From positions 1 through 34,749 of the forward strand of contig JBCBJG010000002.1 of the NCBI GenBank assembly GCA_038523655.1: a stretch of DNA of 34,749 bases, written 5' to 3'. Positions within the stretch are counted from its first letter, which is position 1. Each line of letters begins with the position of its first letter. The notes below the pieces were generated by a model that searched no databases, was not told where the DNA came from, and saw nothing but the letters and a program-made list of their open reading frames with translations. A program made the position numbers and the translations under genes. Positions 18,001-26,927 of this stretch are shown one piece after another. This DNA comes from Pseudomonadota bacterium. Its GTDB lineage: Bacteria > Pseudomonadota > Alphaproteobacteria > Rhizobiales > CALHAX01.

Positions 18001-18129
18001 GATGTCCTCGTGTCGGGTGATGTCCGTGTTGTTGACCAGACAGTCGCTCCGACGCGGCCTACACACCGTGATGCGCGTCACGCTCGGGCGCGTTCCGCAT
18101 CACGCCCGCGTGACCAAACCGCGCCTGGG

Positions 18130-19095
18130 TCAGCCCGTTGGTGTGCGGGCATGGAGAATGCGGCCGATCGTGTTCATCAGCAGTTGGGCAGCGAGGATCG
18201 ATGTTGACCCGGTGGGATCATAATCCGGCGCCACCTCGACGAGATCGATCCCGACGATCGGTTGGCGGGCTGCGATGCCGGCAATCAGCTCCAGGATCTC
18301 GTAGTAGAGAAATCCTCCATGGCTCGGCGTTCCCGTACCCGGCGCGATTGACGGGTCGAACGCGTCGATATCGATCGTCAGGTAAGTACGCACGCCGCTT
18401 GGAATACGCGCGAGCATGCCGTCGACGCCGAGCGCGCGAAACTGACGGACGGAGAGAATGTCGGAGCCGCGTGCGCGCGCGTCCTCGTAGCCTTCGCGCG
18501 CGGTGGACGACACGTTGCGAATGCCGATCTGGCTGAGCCCGCTCACCCACGATTTTTCCACCGCACGGCGCATCGGGTTGCCGTGGCCGCGGGTCACGCC
18601 GTGGCGCTCGTCGACGAAATCGAGATGCGCGTCGATCTGCACAAGATGGAACGGGTCCTCGCCCTCATATGCTTCGATGCAGGGGATGTTCACCGAGTGA
18701 TCTCCCCCGAGGACTACCGGAAGCGCACCGGCCTCCAGGATCGCGCGCACGCCGGCCGCGATGTTGGCGTGGCTCGCCTCGGTATCGGTGTGGACGATAT
18801 CTGCATCGCCAATGTCGACAATCCGCGTCGTCTCCGCCGGTAGGTAGGTGACATCGTCTTCGTGATCGTAGGCTCCGGCATGACCGAAGGCGAAGAGCGT
18901 CGACGCCTCGCGGATTGCGCGCGGGCCGAAGCGGGCGCCGGGCCGCCACTGGGTGCCGAAGTCGAACGGCGCGCCGAGGATCGCTACATCTGCATCGATC
19001 GCCGACCAGTCGGTGACGAGCGGGTACTTTCCAAAGGTGCAGACCCCAACGAACGGGAGGTCGAGGCGACCCTTCTGGTAGCCATGCGTGCTCAT
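18130..19095 (-). CDS. agmatinase/arginase-family ureohydrolase (substrate unknown)
   Basis: The binuclear-metal motifs GGDHS, IDAHLD and DIDAFDP are all present. The ATG overlaps the upstream MFS stop (ATGA at 19092-19095). Confidence 0.9.
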   Translation of the reverse strand: MSTHGYQKGRLDLPFVGVCTFGKYPLVTDWSAIDADVAILGAPFDFGTQWRPGARFGPRAIREASTLFAFGHAGAYDHEDDVTYLPAETTRIVDIGDADIVHTDTEASHANIAAGVRAILEAGALPVVLGGDHSVNIPCIEAYEGEDPFHLVQIDAHLDFVDERHGVTRGHGNPMRRAVEKSWVSGLSQIGIRNVSSTAREGYEDARARGSDILSVRQFRALGVDGMLARIPSGVRTYLTIDIDAFDPSIAPGTGTPSHGGFLYYEILELIAGIAARQPIVGIDLVEVAPDYDPTGSTSILAAQLLMNTIGRILHARTPTG

Positions 19096-20411
19096 ATCGT
19101 GCGGTCTCCGTTCATCTGAGGTGTCGTCCCGCCATAAAGCGCCGGCTGAGTTTGGCGCATTTGGTGGCGCAGGCTACGTGCAAGCACGGCGACGGCGAGG
19201 CAGAACAGCCCGATGACCGCGCACTGGCGCTCGATCGAGATGCCGGCGTCCAGCATGACGCCCATCGCCCCGGGGCCTAGCGCGGAGGAAAATACCATCG
19301 CAGCGGTCGCAAGCGCCTTGATCGCACCGAGCCTGCGCGTGCCGTAGAGCTCCGGCCAAAGAGCGCCAAACACGGTGTTTGTCGACCCCGCCGTTAGGCC
19401 GATCAGCACCATCGCGATCAATGCCAGGAGCGGCGTGTTGCCGGACGCGAGGACAAGCAGCGCCAAGCCGAGAGGAATGCAGACGCCCGGCAGTACCCTG
19501 CGGCCGGAAAAACGGTCGACGGCCCAGCCCGAAAGGACTGACGAGGCGACGGATGCGACGGCGTAGGCCGGATAGGTCCCGGCCCAGAACGCGAGAGACC
19601 AACCCTTGGTCTCGGCGAGATGCGCCTGATGGAAAAAAAGCCCGGTCACGACGAACGACGGCGTTAATACGCAGGGCACGAGCAACCAGTACAGCCGATC
19701 GCGCAAAACCTCGCTGCGGTGCCAGTGCACCATGCCTGGCGGATCTACGGCGGGTGGTTCCTCAATTGCTGCACGGCCGCCGCCTCGTGCGCGCGGAACG
19801 CGCAACGCCAGCAGAAAAGCCGGCAGGCCGACGAGCAGGAGCGCCGCGCCAGCGAACTGCCAGCTCGCGCGCCAACCCACAGCAGAGATGAGCAGGACAG
19901 CAAGCGTCGGTAGCAGCGCCTCACCCAGCGGATAGCCGAACACGGAGCAGGCAAGCGCACGCCCGCGGTAGGCGTCGAACCAGCGTCCCATCGCAGTCAT
20001 CGAAATATGCGACATCATCCCCTGGCCGAAAAAGCGCAGGAGGAAAATTGCAAGCAGCAGTGTGACCACACCGCCTGCGAATGACATCGTCACGATCGCA
20101 ACGCTGAGCCCGAAAATCGTGGCCGCACCGAGCGTGCGAACCCGGAAGCGGTCGGCGAGTTGCCCGGCCCAAACGAGCACTGCGGCGCTCGCCAGCGTAC
20201 CAACCATATAGATCAAGCCGAACTCGCCGTTGGTCAGCGCGAACTCGCGCCGTATCTCGGCGCCGAACATCGAGATGAAAAAGGTCTGACCGAAGCTCGA
20301 AAGGAAGGCGAGAAGGAAGCCGACGAACAGCCAACGGGCGTTGCGGGCGATGAACGTCGCGACGGGCAGCCGAGCGGTGTCTGACATGTGCGGCGCACTC
20401 ACTGCCGACAC
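19092..20411 (-). CDS. MFS transporter
   Basis: The ~12 TM segments and the MFS motif-A-like GQLADRFRVR support this call. The start is either the GTG at 20411 (9 nt after the MttB-family stop) or the ATG at 20387. Confidence 0.85.
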   Translation of the reverse strand: MSAVSAPHMSDTARLPVATFIARNARWLFVGFLLAFLSSFGQTFFISMFGAEIRREFALTNGEFGLIYMVGTLASAAVLVWAGQLADRFRVRTLGAATIFGLSVAIVTMSFAGGVVTLLLAIFLLRFFGQGMMSHISMTAMGRWFDAYRGRALACSVFGYPLGEALLPTLAVLLISAVGWRASWQFAGAALLLVGLPAFLLALRVPRARGGGRAAIEEPPAVDPPGMVHWHRSEVLRDRLYWLLVPCVLTPSFVVTGLFFHQAHLAETKGWSLAFWAGTYPAYAVASVASSVLSGWAVDRFSGRRVLPGVCIPLGLALLVLASGNTPLLALIAMVLIGLTAGSTNTVFGALWPELYGTRRLGAIKALATAAMVFSSALGPGAMGVMLDAGISIERQCAVIGLFCLAVAVLARSLRHQMRQTQPALYGGTTPQMNGDRTI

Positions 20412-20420
20412 GCCGTCATC

Positions 20421-21980
20421 TCACGAAACCGGCTCGGCACCGCCCTCTCCAATCCGGCGGGCAACGAATGCGTCGATGTCACCTCGGCGTGACGCGTCCA
20501 TCTCGGGTGGTTCAAAAGCTGCGAGCTTTTCCTTCCAAATCGCGTTCGCACGCTGCGTCGCGTCGAGACCGCCGGCCTCGCTCCACGCGCCGAAGTTACG
20601 CCAGTCCGACACGAGCGGAGAATAAAATGCACTGTCGAACCGGGCGATGGTGTGCTCCGTGCCGAAAAAATGTCCCCCGGGCTCGACTGCGGCGATGGCG
20701 TCGAGTGCAAGATCTTCGGTGGAGACGGTCAATGGCTCGAAGCTTTCCGAGATGATCTGCAGCGCTTCGACATCGAGGATGAATTTCTCGATCGATGCGG
20801 TCAAACCGCCCTCGAGCCACCCGGCGGCGTGCAACACCATGTTCGCCCCGCCGAGCACGCTGCCCCACAGTGACATGAGCGTCTCGTAGGCAGCCTGGAC
20901 GTCCGGCGCGTTCGACGCGTTCGGTGCTGATCCACGCCAAGGCAGACCGATGTGGCGGGCAAGTTCACCACCGGCAATGGCGGCTTTGACGTACTCCGGC
21001 GTGCCGAACGCGGGTGCGCCCGAACGCATGTCGACGTTCGAGGTGAATGAGCCGTAGACCACCGGAGCGCCGGGGCGGACCGCCTGAGCAAGTGTGACCC
21101 CTGCCAGCGCTTCCGCGTGTTGCAGGACAAGCGCACCGGCGAGTGTGACGGGGGCCATGGCGCCCGATAGCGTGAAGGGCGTGATGATCGAGACTTGGCC
21201 GACGGTCGCAAAGTCCATGATGCCCTGGCACATCGGCACATCGAGCTGGCGTGGCGAATTCGTGTTGATGACCGTGTAGCACCAGGGCGCGCGCGCGAAG
21301 GCCTCCGCGTCGATGCCGCGCGCGATGCGAATGAGCGCGAAGGCGTCTTCGACCTGTGCGGTGCCGCGGGCGTAGACAAAGGGTGCCTTGCGGGACAGCG
21401 TGAGCTGACTGCGGGTCACCTCGAGATGGCGGATCGCGGTGGCGACGTCCTGGCACTCAACGTTCGGCGACTGGAAGTGCAGCACGTCGAACATCTCACA
21501 CAAGCGCATGATGTTCTGCGTATCAGTGAAGGTACCCGGGCGCTTACCACCATCGAGATCTGAGAAGTTCGGCGCGCCGCCGACGCAAATAAAGGCCAAC
21601 GCGTCGCCGCCGATCCGTACGTTTTTCTCCTCAACCGCCGCGGTCATGACGAACTCGGAGGGGGCGGCATCGAGGCTCTGCTCAATGAGCGCGCGCGGCA
21701 GTCGCATGAGACCACTCGCATCGACGCGCGTCGCACCGGCCGCCTCGAGCACATCGCGCGCACCTTCGTGCAGAACGCGGATCCCTTCGCGCTCCAGCAC
21801 GGCACAGGCAGCATCATGGATGTCGTTCACCGCATCGCCGAGCACCTGCTGCGGGCGATAGCTGTTCGTCAGTTGCGCATAGTCGGTCCGTCGCGCCTCG
21901 GGCATCGCGGTGCGTCGGTCGCGCCCGCGCCGGCGCGCGTTGCGGGGGGTACGGGCGGCCGCGTCATCGGTGATCGCCAT
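20421..21980 (-). CDS. trimethylamine methyltransferase (MttB) superfamily protein, non-pyrrolysine type
   Basis: The 519-aa frame is uninterrupted with no in-frame TAG. It has the Arg-rich N-terminus and overall sequence pattern of proteobacterial MttB-family (COG5598-type) proteins. A GGAGGA lies 6 nt upstream of the ATG at 21980. Confidence 0.85.
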   Translation of the reverse strand: MAITDDAAARTPRNARRRGRDRRTAMPEARRTDYAQLTNSYRPQQVLGDAVNDIHDAACAVLEREGIRVLHEGARDVLEAAGATRVDASGLMRLPRALIEQSLDAAPSEFVMTAAVEEKNVRIGGDALAFICVGGAPNFSDLDGGKRPGTFTDTQNIMRLCEMFDVLHFQSPNVECQDVATAIRHLEVTRSQLTLSRKAPFVYARGTAQVEDAFALIRIARGIDAEAFARAPWCYTVINTNSPRQLDVPMCQGIMDFATVGQVSIITPFTLSGAMAPVTLAGALVLQHAEALAGVTLAQAVRPGAPVVYGSFTSNVDMRSGAPAFGTPEYVKAAIAGGELARHIGLPWRGSAPNASNAPDVQAAYETLMSLWGSVLGGANMVLHAAGWLEGGLTASIEKFILDVEALQIISESFEPLTVSTEDLALDAIAAVEPGGHFFGTEHTIARFDSAFYSPLVSDWRNFGAWSEAGGLDATQRANAIWKEKLAAFEPPEMDASRRGDIDAFVARRIGEGGAEPVS

Positions 21981-22022
21981 GATTTATCCTCCGCTGCTTG
22001 TCCACTGCGCTCAGTGTGCGTC

Positions 22023-22328
22023 TCACGTGACGGCGCGGCCACCGTTTGCGATCAGCGCCTTGATGCGTTCGACGTCGTATTCCGTGTCGAGACGGTGCGC
22101 TTCGGCTTCGGCAATTTGCTCGAGATCGTCCCCCTCGACGGGTTCGGGATCAGCGCGCCGCCAGTCGGCGAGGTAATCGTCCGTCTCGCTCGCTCCCGAG
22201 CGCATGGCGGCCATATCGATGGCCTGCTCGAACCGCTCTGGCAGTTGACGCTTGGCGTTCTTGCGACCGGCCTTGACGATGACCTGCGCCGGGATATCTC
22301 GCCAGTAGACGATGATGCGTTGAGCCAT
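22023..22328 (-). CDS. small acidic protein of the family annotated 'virulence factor' (function unknown)
   Basis: The 101-aa product starts MAQRIIVYWRDIPAQVIVKAGRK... The YWRDIPAQV signature matches a short conserved family I recall carrying that annotation. It has no Cys. It starts 3 nt after the upstream stop, with a GGAAA RBS inside the upstream gene's end. Confidence 0.7.
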   Translation of the reverse strand: MAQRIIVYWRDIPAQVIVKAGRKNAKRQLPERFEQAIDMAAMRSGASETDDYLADWRRADPEPVEGDDLEQIAEAEAHRLDTEYDVERIKALIANGGRAVT

Positions 22329-22331
22329 GGC

Positions 22332-23675
22332 TCAGGTTTCCTTCATGAGAGATTTGAGATCTTGCGTCCCGTCGGCGATCATATCGCGGGGTGGTGTGCG
22401 CCCAGCCTCGAGAAGGCGCCGGGCGGCCATGAACGCACGGGCGTCGTTCAGGGTCTCGACCGCGACAAGGGTGTCGTCGCGGTAGTGCCAGTAGGATTTC
22501 CCGCCACCGTTGACCCGCTTGACGATCGCTTCATCACCGCGGGCGAGGCCGGCGATCTGCAACCGCGCATCGAACTGGTCGGACCAAAACCGTGGGACGG
22601 GAGCATAATTCGCTGCTGGGCTGGGGGCGGCCGATCCCGGCGCCGCGCATCGTTGCCGGATCGTTGCCGCAATATGTTTTGCCTGATCGACTGCGTTCTG
22701 GACGGATTCGAGCCGTGTGCGGCCGATGCCAGGCATCTCGATGCACGCGACATCACCGGCCGCGAAGATCGCGGGATCGTTCGTGCCGCACTGCCCATCG
22801 ACGAGGATACCACCCTGCGTGTCGAGCTCACAGCGCTCGGCAAGCTCCGCGTTCGGGATCACGCCGATGCCCACGACGACAATGTCGGCTGGGAGAAGAC
22901 GACCGTCACCGAGGCGCACGCCGGCCACGCGTTCGCGCCCCTCGATCGCGGTCACCGAGGCACCACAGAGCACGGTCACGCCGCGGGTGCGGTGTAGCTC
23001 GGAGACATCAGCCGCGAATGGCGCGCTCGCCACCCGTGCCAGCGGGCGTTCGGCGGCTTCGACGACTGTCACCTTGGCGCCCTTTGAATGCGCGGAGGCT
23101 GCGACTTCGAGGCCGATATATCCTCCTCCGATGACGACGACCTGCGGTGAAGCGCTGGACGGGCCGCGCGGCTCGCTTTCACCTGCGCCCAGGTCCGGGT
23201 CGCTCGAAAGATATGGTGCGAGCGCATCGGCGTCGGCGATCGAGCGGAGATAAAATACACCCTCCAGATCCGCCCCCGGCACCGGGAGTTCGCGGACCCG
23301 AGCGCCGGTGGCGAGAACGAGCGTGTCGTACGCGATCGGCGCACCTGACGAGATCGCCACTTCCTGCTTCGCCCGGTCGATCCCGGTGACCCGGGTGCCG
23401 AGCGCGAGGGTGATCGCGTTGGCGTCATAGAAAGCATGGTCGCGAAGAATCAGCCGATCAGCCGCGATCTCGCCGGTCAGGTATTTCTTCGACAGCGGCG
23501 GTCGCTGGTAGGGCGGATGCGCTTCGTCCCCGATGATCGTAACCGAGACACGCCCTGCAGCGACCTCATCGACGAGGTCCGCTGCGAGTTCGCCGGCCGC
23601 CTGGCCGCCGCCGGCGATCACCACCCGATGTGTCATTCGCCGCGCTTTCGCTTGGAGGTCGCGCTTTTGGCTCAC
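22332..23675 (-). CDS. FAD/NAD(P)-dependent oxidoreductase (ferredoxin-reductase-like, pyridine nucleotide-disulfide oxidoreductase fold)
   Basis: The FAD-binding motif is VVIAGGGQAG and the NAD-binding motif is VVVIGGGYIGLE. A C-terminal reductase domain is present. The GTG at 23675 is preceded by GGGAG. The ATG at 23636 is an alternative start. Confidence 0.85.
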   Translation of the reverse strand: MSQKRDLQAKARRMTHRVVIAGGGQAAGELAADLVDEVAAGRVSVTIIGDEAHPPYQRPPLSKKYLTGEIAADRLILRDHAFYDANAITLALGTRVTGIDRAKQEVAISSGAPIAYDTLVLATGARVRELPVPGADLEGVFYLRSIADADALAPYLSSDPDLGAGESEPRGPSSASPQVVVIGGGYIGLEVAASAHSKGAKVTVVEAAERPLARVASAPFAADVSELHRTRGVTVLCGASVTAIEGRERVAGVRLGDGRLLPADIVVVGIGVIPNAELAERCELDTQGGILVDGQCGTNDPAIFAAGDVACIEMPGIGRTRLESVQNAVDQAKHIAATIRQRCAAPGSAAPSPAANYAPVPRFWSDQFDARLQIAGLARGDEAIVKRVNGGGKSYWHYRDDTLVAVETLNDARAFMAARRLLEAGRTPPRDMIADGTQDLKSLMKET

Positions 23676-23820
23676 CTTCGCTCCCTAGATCACCTCAACG
23701 CCCGGCGAAAGATGCAAGCGCGACATGCGCACGGCGCAGGTAGATCGGGGTCGCGGCGGGTCACGATCCGTGTTCTCTCTGCGCCGGTATGCAGCACCGA
23801 TTTGATCACCCCGGCCGCCG

Positions 23821-24915
23821 ATGACCGACGAGCTTTCCGCCCAGCATTCCGAGGTCGATCCGGGGCAAGCCGCGCACGCTCCGCTGGACCCGGCGGCGGT
23901 TGCGGCATCGGCGGATGGTGCGGTGATCGCGCCGGGCACTGGATCTGCAACTGCGCCTGGTACTAGGGCGGGCGCTGGGCCTGGCGCTCGCGACGCGGTT
24001 GGCACGCCAGATCAGCCGGGCGCTGCGCAAGTAGGCAATCCAGGGCTCGGCATCGCGCTGTGTATCGCGGCCATCCTGCTGTTTGCCTGTCAGGACGCGA
24101 TCACGCGCTACCTCGTGCAGGATCTCGCGGTGGCGCAGATTCTGACGATCCGCTTCGCCGGGTTCGCCTTGCTTGGCCTGGCCTATGCCGTGTGGCGGCT
24201 CGGCGTGGGCGCCGCGCTACGAAGCAAGCGGCCGGGCGCCCAATTCGTCCGATCGGCATTGCTTCTCATCGAAATCGCGATTTTCACGCTCGGGCTGCGG
24301 TTCCTCGGACTTGCCGACATGCATGCCGTGTTCGCTACGTTCCCGCTGATCGTGACGGCACTCGCTGCGCCACTGCTCGGCGAGCAGGTCGGTTGGCGAC
24401 GCTGGCTCGCGGTCGGCGTCGGCTTGGCCGGCACGCTGGTCATCCTGCGGCCGGGCACCGGGGTTTTCGAGGTCGCAGCTCTCCTACCGCTGCTCGCTGC
24501 GTTCATGTTTGCGCTTTACACCGTGCTGACCAGACGCGTGGCGCGTCACGACCGGGCAGAGGTCAGCCTCGCGTGGACCGGGGTCGTTGCGTTTGCGCTG
24601 GTCTTGCCGTTCGGCATTGCGGCCTGGAGCCCGCTCGCTGGCGATCAGCCGTTCTGGCTTGGCATCCTGATCCTGACATCGACCGGCGGGCACTTCCTGC
24701 TCATCTCCGCGCTCGTCCACGCACAGGCAGCCACGCTGCAACCGTTGAACTATCTGCTGCTGGTGTTCGCGACGGCGGTCGGGTTTGTCGTTTTCGGTGA
24801 GCTTCCGGATGGTTGGACCATGATCGGCGCGGCGGTCGTGGTGGCGAGTGGGCTGTTTGTCCTGTTCCGCGAGCGGGCGCGGGCACGCGGTGCGGAACGT
24901 GCGGGGCGCAACTGA
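23821..24915 (+). CDS. EamA/DMT-family transporter with an Ala/Gly/Pro-rich N-terminal extension
   Basis: The 10-TM EamA-like core begins near residue 75 (LGIALCIAAILLFACQDAITRYL). I see no in-frame ATG, GTG or TTG between 23821 and the first TM segment. Confidence 0.8.
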   Translation: MTDELSAQHSEVDPGQAAHAPLDPAAVAASADGAVIAPGTGSATAPGTRAGAGPGARDAVGTPDQPGAAQVGNPGLGIALCIAAILLFACQDAITRYLVQDLAVAQILTIRFAGFALLGLAYAVWRLGVGAALRSKRPGAQFVRSALLLIEIAIFTLGLRFLGLADMHAVFATFPLIVTALAAPLLGEQVGWRRWLAVGVGLAGTLVILRPGTGVFEVAALLPLLAAFMFALYTVLTRRVARHDRAEVSLAWTGVVAFALVLPFGIAAWSPLAGDQPFWLGILILTSTGGHFLLISALVHAQAATLQPLNYLLLVFATAVGFVVFGELPDGWTMIGAAVVVASGLFVLFRERARARGAERAGRN

Positions 24916-24945
24916 TCTCCGGAGGGGATGCGGAAGGGCGGCGAA

Positions 24946-24986
24946 GACGTCGGCGCGCGATCGCGGGAAGTGCCCGACGTCATTTT
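24946..24986 (+). terminator. intrinsic-terminator-like hairpin downstream of the EamA gene
   Basis: GACGTCGG (24946-24953) pairs perfectly with CCGACGTC (24974-24981). The 20-nt loop contains the palindrome CGCGATCGCG. The hairpin is followed by ATTTTCTCC. Confidence 0.45.
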
Positions 24987-25002
24987 CTCCCCCCGATTCG
25001 GC

Positions 25003-25728
25003 TCAGGCCGACAGCTGCTCGGCGCGATGGGCGTCCGCGAGCGCCTGCATGCTCGTGAACCGGAAATCGATCGACGGCATATCAGCGACCGGACGCGTAG
25101 CGCCGCTGCCTTTGACGGCATGACGCCGGTGTATCCAAGCGGTTGCGAGCCCAACCGAATTTGCGGGCGTGTGGTCGTGGAAGAGGCTTTCAGCCGTGTG
25201 CAGAATGTCTGTCTTCGCGATGCCCGCCGCATCGAGCTCACGCAGCATGTGATCGAAGTTGCGGATGGCCGGTTTGTAGGAACCAACGTCTTCCGCCGTG
25301 ACGATGTGGTCGAAGGTGACGCCGAGCCGCGCATTACTCTCCGCAAAACTCGCCCGATCGACGTTGGAGAGAATAACCAGTTTGAAGTGCTGCTTGAGGT
25401 AGGCGAGCGCTTCGGCGCTATCGGGAAATGCCGGCCACGAACCGACCGAATTGCCGTAGGCGGCGGCAGCCGCATTGTCGATCGGGACATGCCACTCAGC
25501 CGCAAGCCGCATGTACACGGTTGCGAGCAACGCCCGGTAATTCATGGTCGGCGTCTCGGCCTGCTGCGCGTGCTCATGGCGGCCGTGAGCGTCGAGAATG
25601 TCGTCGCGCTCGAGCGCGCGATCCGCCTTCGCGACAAGCGCGGCGAGATTTTCGATCATCCCGCTCTCCCAGTCGATCAGCGTGCCGTAGCAATCGAAGG
25701 TCAGCGTTGTGAAATCGGAGAGTTTCAT
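25003..25728 (-). CDS. HAD-superfamily hydrolase (haloacid dehalogenase type II-like)
   Basis: The ORF is trimmed to the ATG at 25728 (MKLSDFTTLTFDCYGTLIDWESG, HAD motif I). The ILSNVD and SYKP motifs are present. The ATG overlaps the upstream stop (ATGA at 25725-25728). Confidence 0.85.
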   Translation of the reverse strand: MKLSDFTTLTFDCYGTLIDWESGMIENLAALVAKADRALERDDILDAHGRHEHAQQAETPTMNYRALLATVYMRLAAEWHVPIDNAAAAAYGNSVGSWPAFPDSAEALAYLKQHFKLVILSNVDRASFAESNARLGVTFDHIVTAEDVGSYKPAIRNFDHMLRELDAAGIAKTDILHTAESLFHDHTPANSVGLATAWIHRRHAVKGSGATRPVADMPSIDFRFTSMQALADAHRAEQLSA

Positions 25729-26927
25729 GGCAGCGGGTCCAGGCGTGCGGGCGTGATGGCTGAGAGCTCGATATCGGTCAGATCGGAGGGCAGCGATGCG
25801 CCCGTCGCAAGGGCGGCAAGAAGGCGGGCTGCCGCGGGGGCACCGACAATTCCGGTTCCGCCCTGGCCGGCGAGCCAAAGGAACGTCTCGTCATCCGGGT
25901 CCGGCCCGATCACGGGATTTCGGTCCGGTGCAAAGGTGCGCAAACCAGCCCAGGCTGAATCAGGCCGTCGAATGTCGAGGCGGGTCCGGCGTTGCAGCGT
26001 ATCGACCAGCGTCGCGACATCGAGTTCTTCGGGCTGGGCATCGCACGGCGGTGTGTCTGTTTCGTCGGCGAGCGAGGCCATGAGTTGCCCACGCGCGAGG
26101 GGACGATAATAGAAGGTCTCGCGCCAGTCGCCGACCATGCACCAGTCGTCCATGTCGTCGAGGGCAACGGGCGCGTGCGCATCGTCAGGTCCGCTTCCCG
26201 ACGTGCCGGCGCCATTTTGCGGCGTCGCAGTTGGTGGCGTCGGCGTGAACGCAATCGCCGTCCGCCGTTTCGGTTGCAGGCCTCGCCGCGCGAGGCCGCT
26301 GGAGGCTGCGAGCTCATCGGCCCATGCACCGGCGGCATTGACGACAGCACCGGCGATTACCGTTCCGCCAGGCGTATCGATCCGCCAAGCGCCGTCGTGA
26401 TTGATCCGCGTCACGGTTGCGCCGGTTATGATCATGCAGCCACGTGCACGCGCGCCGCGAATAAAGCCCTGGAGAACACGGTCGACATCGATGTCGCTCG
26501 CGCCTGGTTCGAAGTAACCGCACACATAGGTGTCGGCGCGCAGGCTCGGTGCACGCTCGGCAATCCCGTCCGCGTCCACCCACTCGATGTCGATCCCGCG
26601 GGCGGCAATCCGCTCGTACTCCGCCCGTACCGCGTCCGCGTCTTCGGCGGTTCCAACCTCAAGGACACCGCGCGCGGCGAGCAAAGGATCGGGCCAATGG
26701 TCCTCGGGTGGTGCATCGAAGAATGCACGACTGGCGCCATTGAGAGCGCGCCACACCGGTGCGCCGTAGCCCTCGATGAAGATCGCCGCGGATCGCCCGG
26801 ATGCGTGGTAGCCGGTCTGCGTTTCGCGTTCGAGCAGGGCCACGCTGCCATGCGCCGCAAGTTCGTAAGCCGCTGTAGCGCCAGCCATGCCGCCGCCGAT
26901 GACGGCGAAGTCCACGCGTTCCATCAT
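25725..26927 (-). CDS. FAD-dependent oxidoreductase (DAO / glycine-D-amino-acid oxidase-like)
   Basis: The N-terminal dinucleotide fold is DFAVIGGGMAGATAAYELA. The layout is DAO-like. The start is taken at the tandem ATGs at 26927/26924. Confidence 0.85.
   Translation of the reverse strand: MMERVDFAVIGGGMAGATAAYELAAHGSVALLERETQTGYHASGRSAAIFIEGYGAPVWRALNGASRAFFDAPPEDHWPDPLLAARGVLEVGTAEDADAVRAEYERIAARGIDIEWVDADGIAERAPSLRADTYVCGYFEPGASDIDVDRVLQGFIRGARARGCMIITGATVTRINHDGAWRIDTPGGTVIAGAVVNAAGAWADELAASSGLARRGLQPKRRTAIAFTPTPPTATPQNGAGTSGSGPDDAHAPVALDDMDDWCMVGDWRETFYYRPLARGQLMASLADETDTPPCDAQPEELDVATLVDTLQRRTRLDIRRPDSAWAGLRTFAPDRNPVIGPDPDDETFLWLAGQGGTGIVGAPAAARLLAALATGASLPSDLTDIELSAITPARLDPLP

Noticed and set aside
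21768-22997. A 409-aa plus-strand ORF spanning the MttB, small-protein and reductase junctions. Also the plus-strand ORFs at 24928-26109 and 25992-26945 over the HAD and DAO genes.
   Set aside because: These frames cross several well-supported minus-strand genes and have no family resemblance. They are shadow ORFs of GC-rich DNA.
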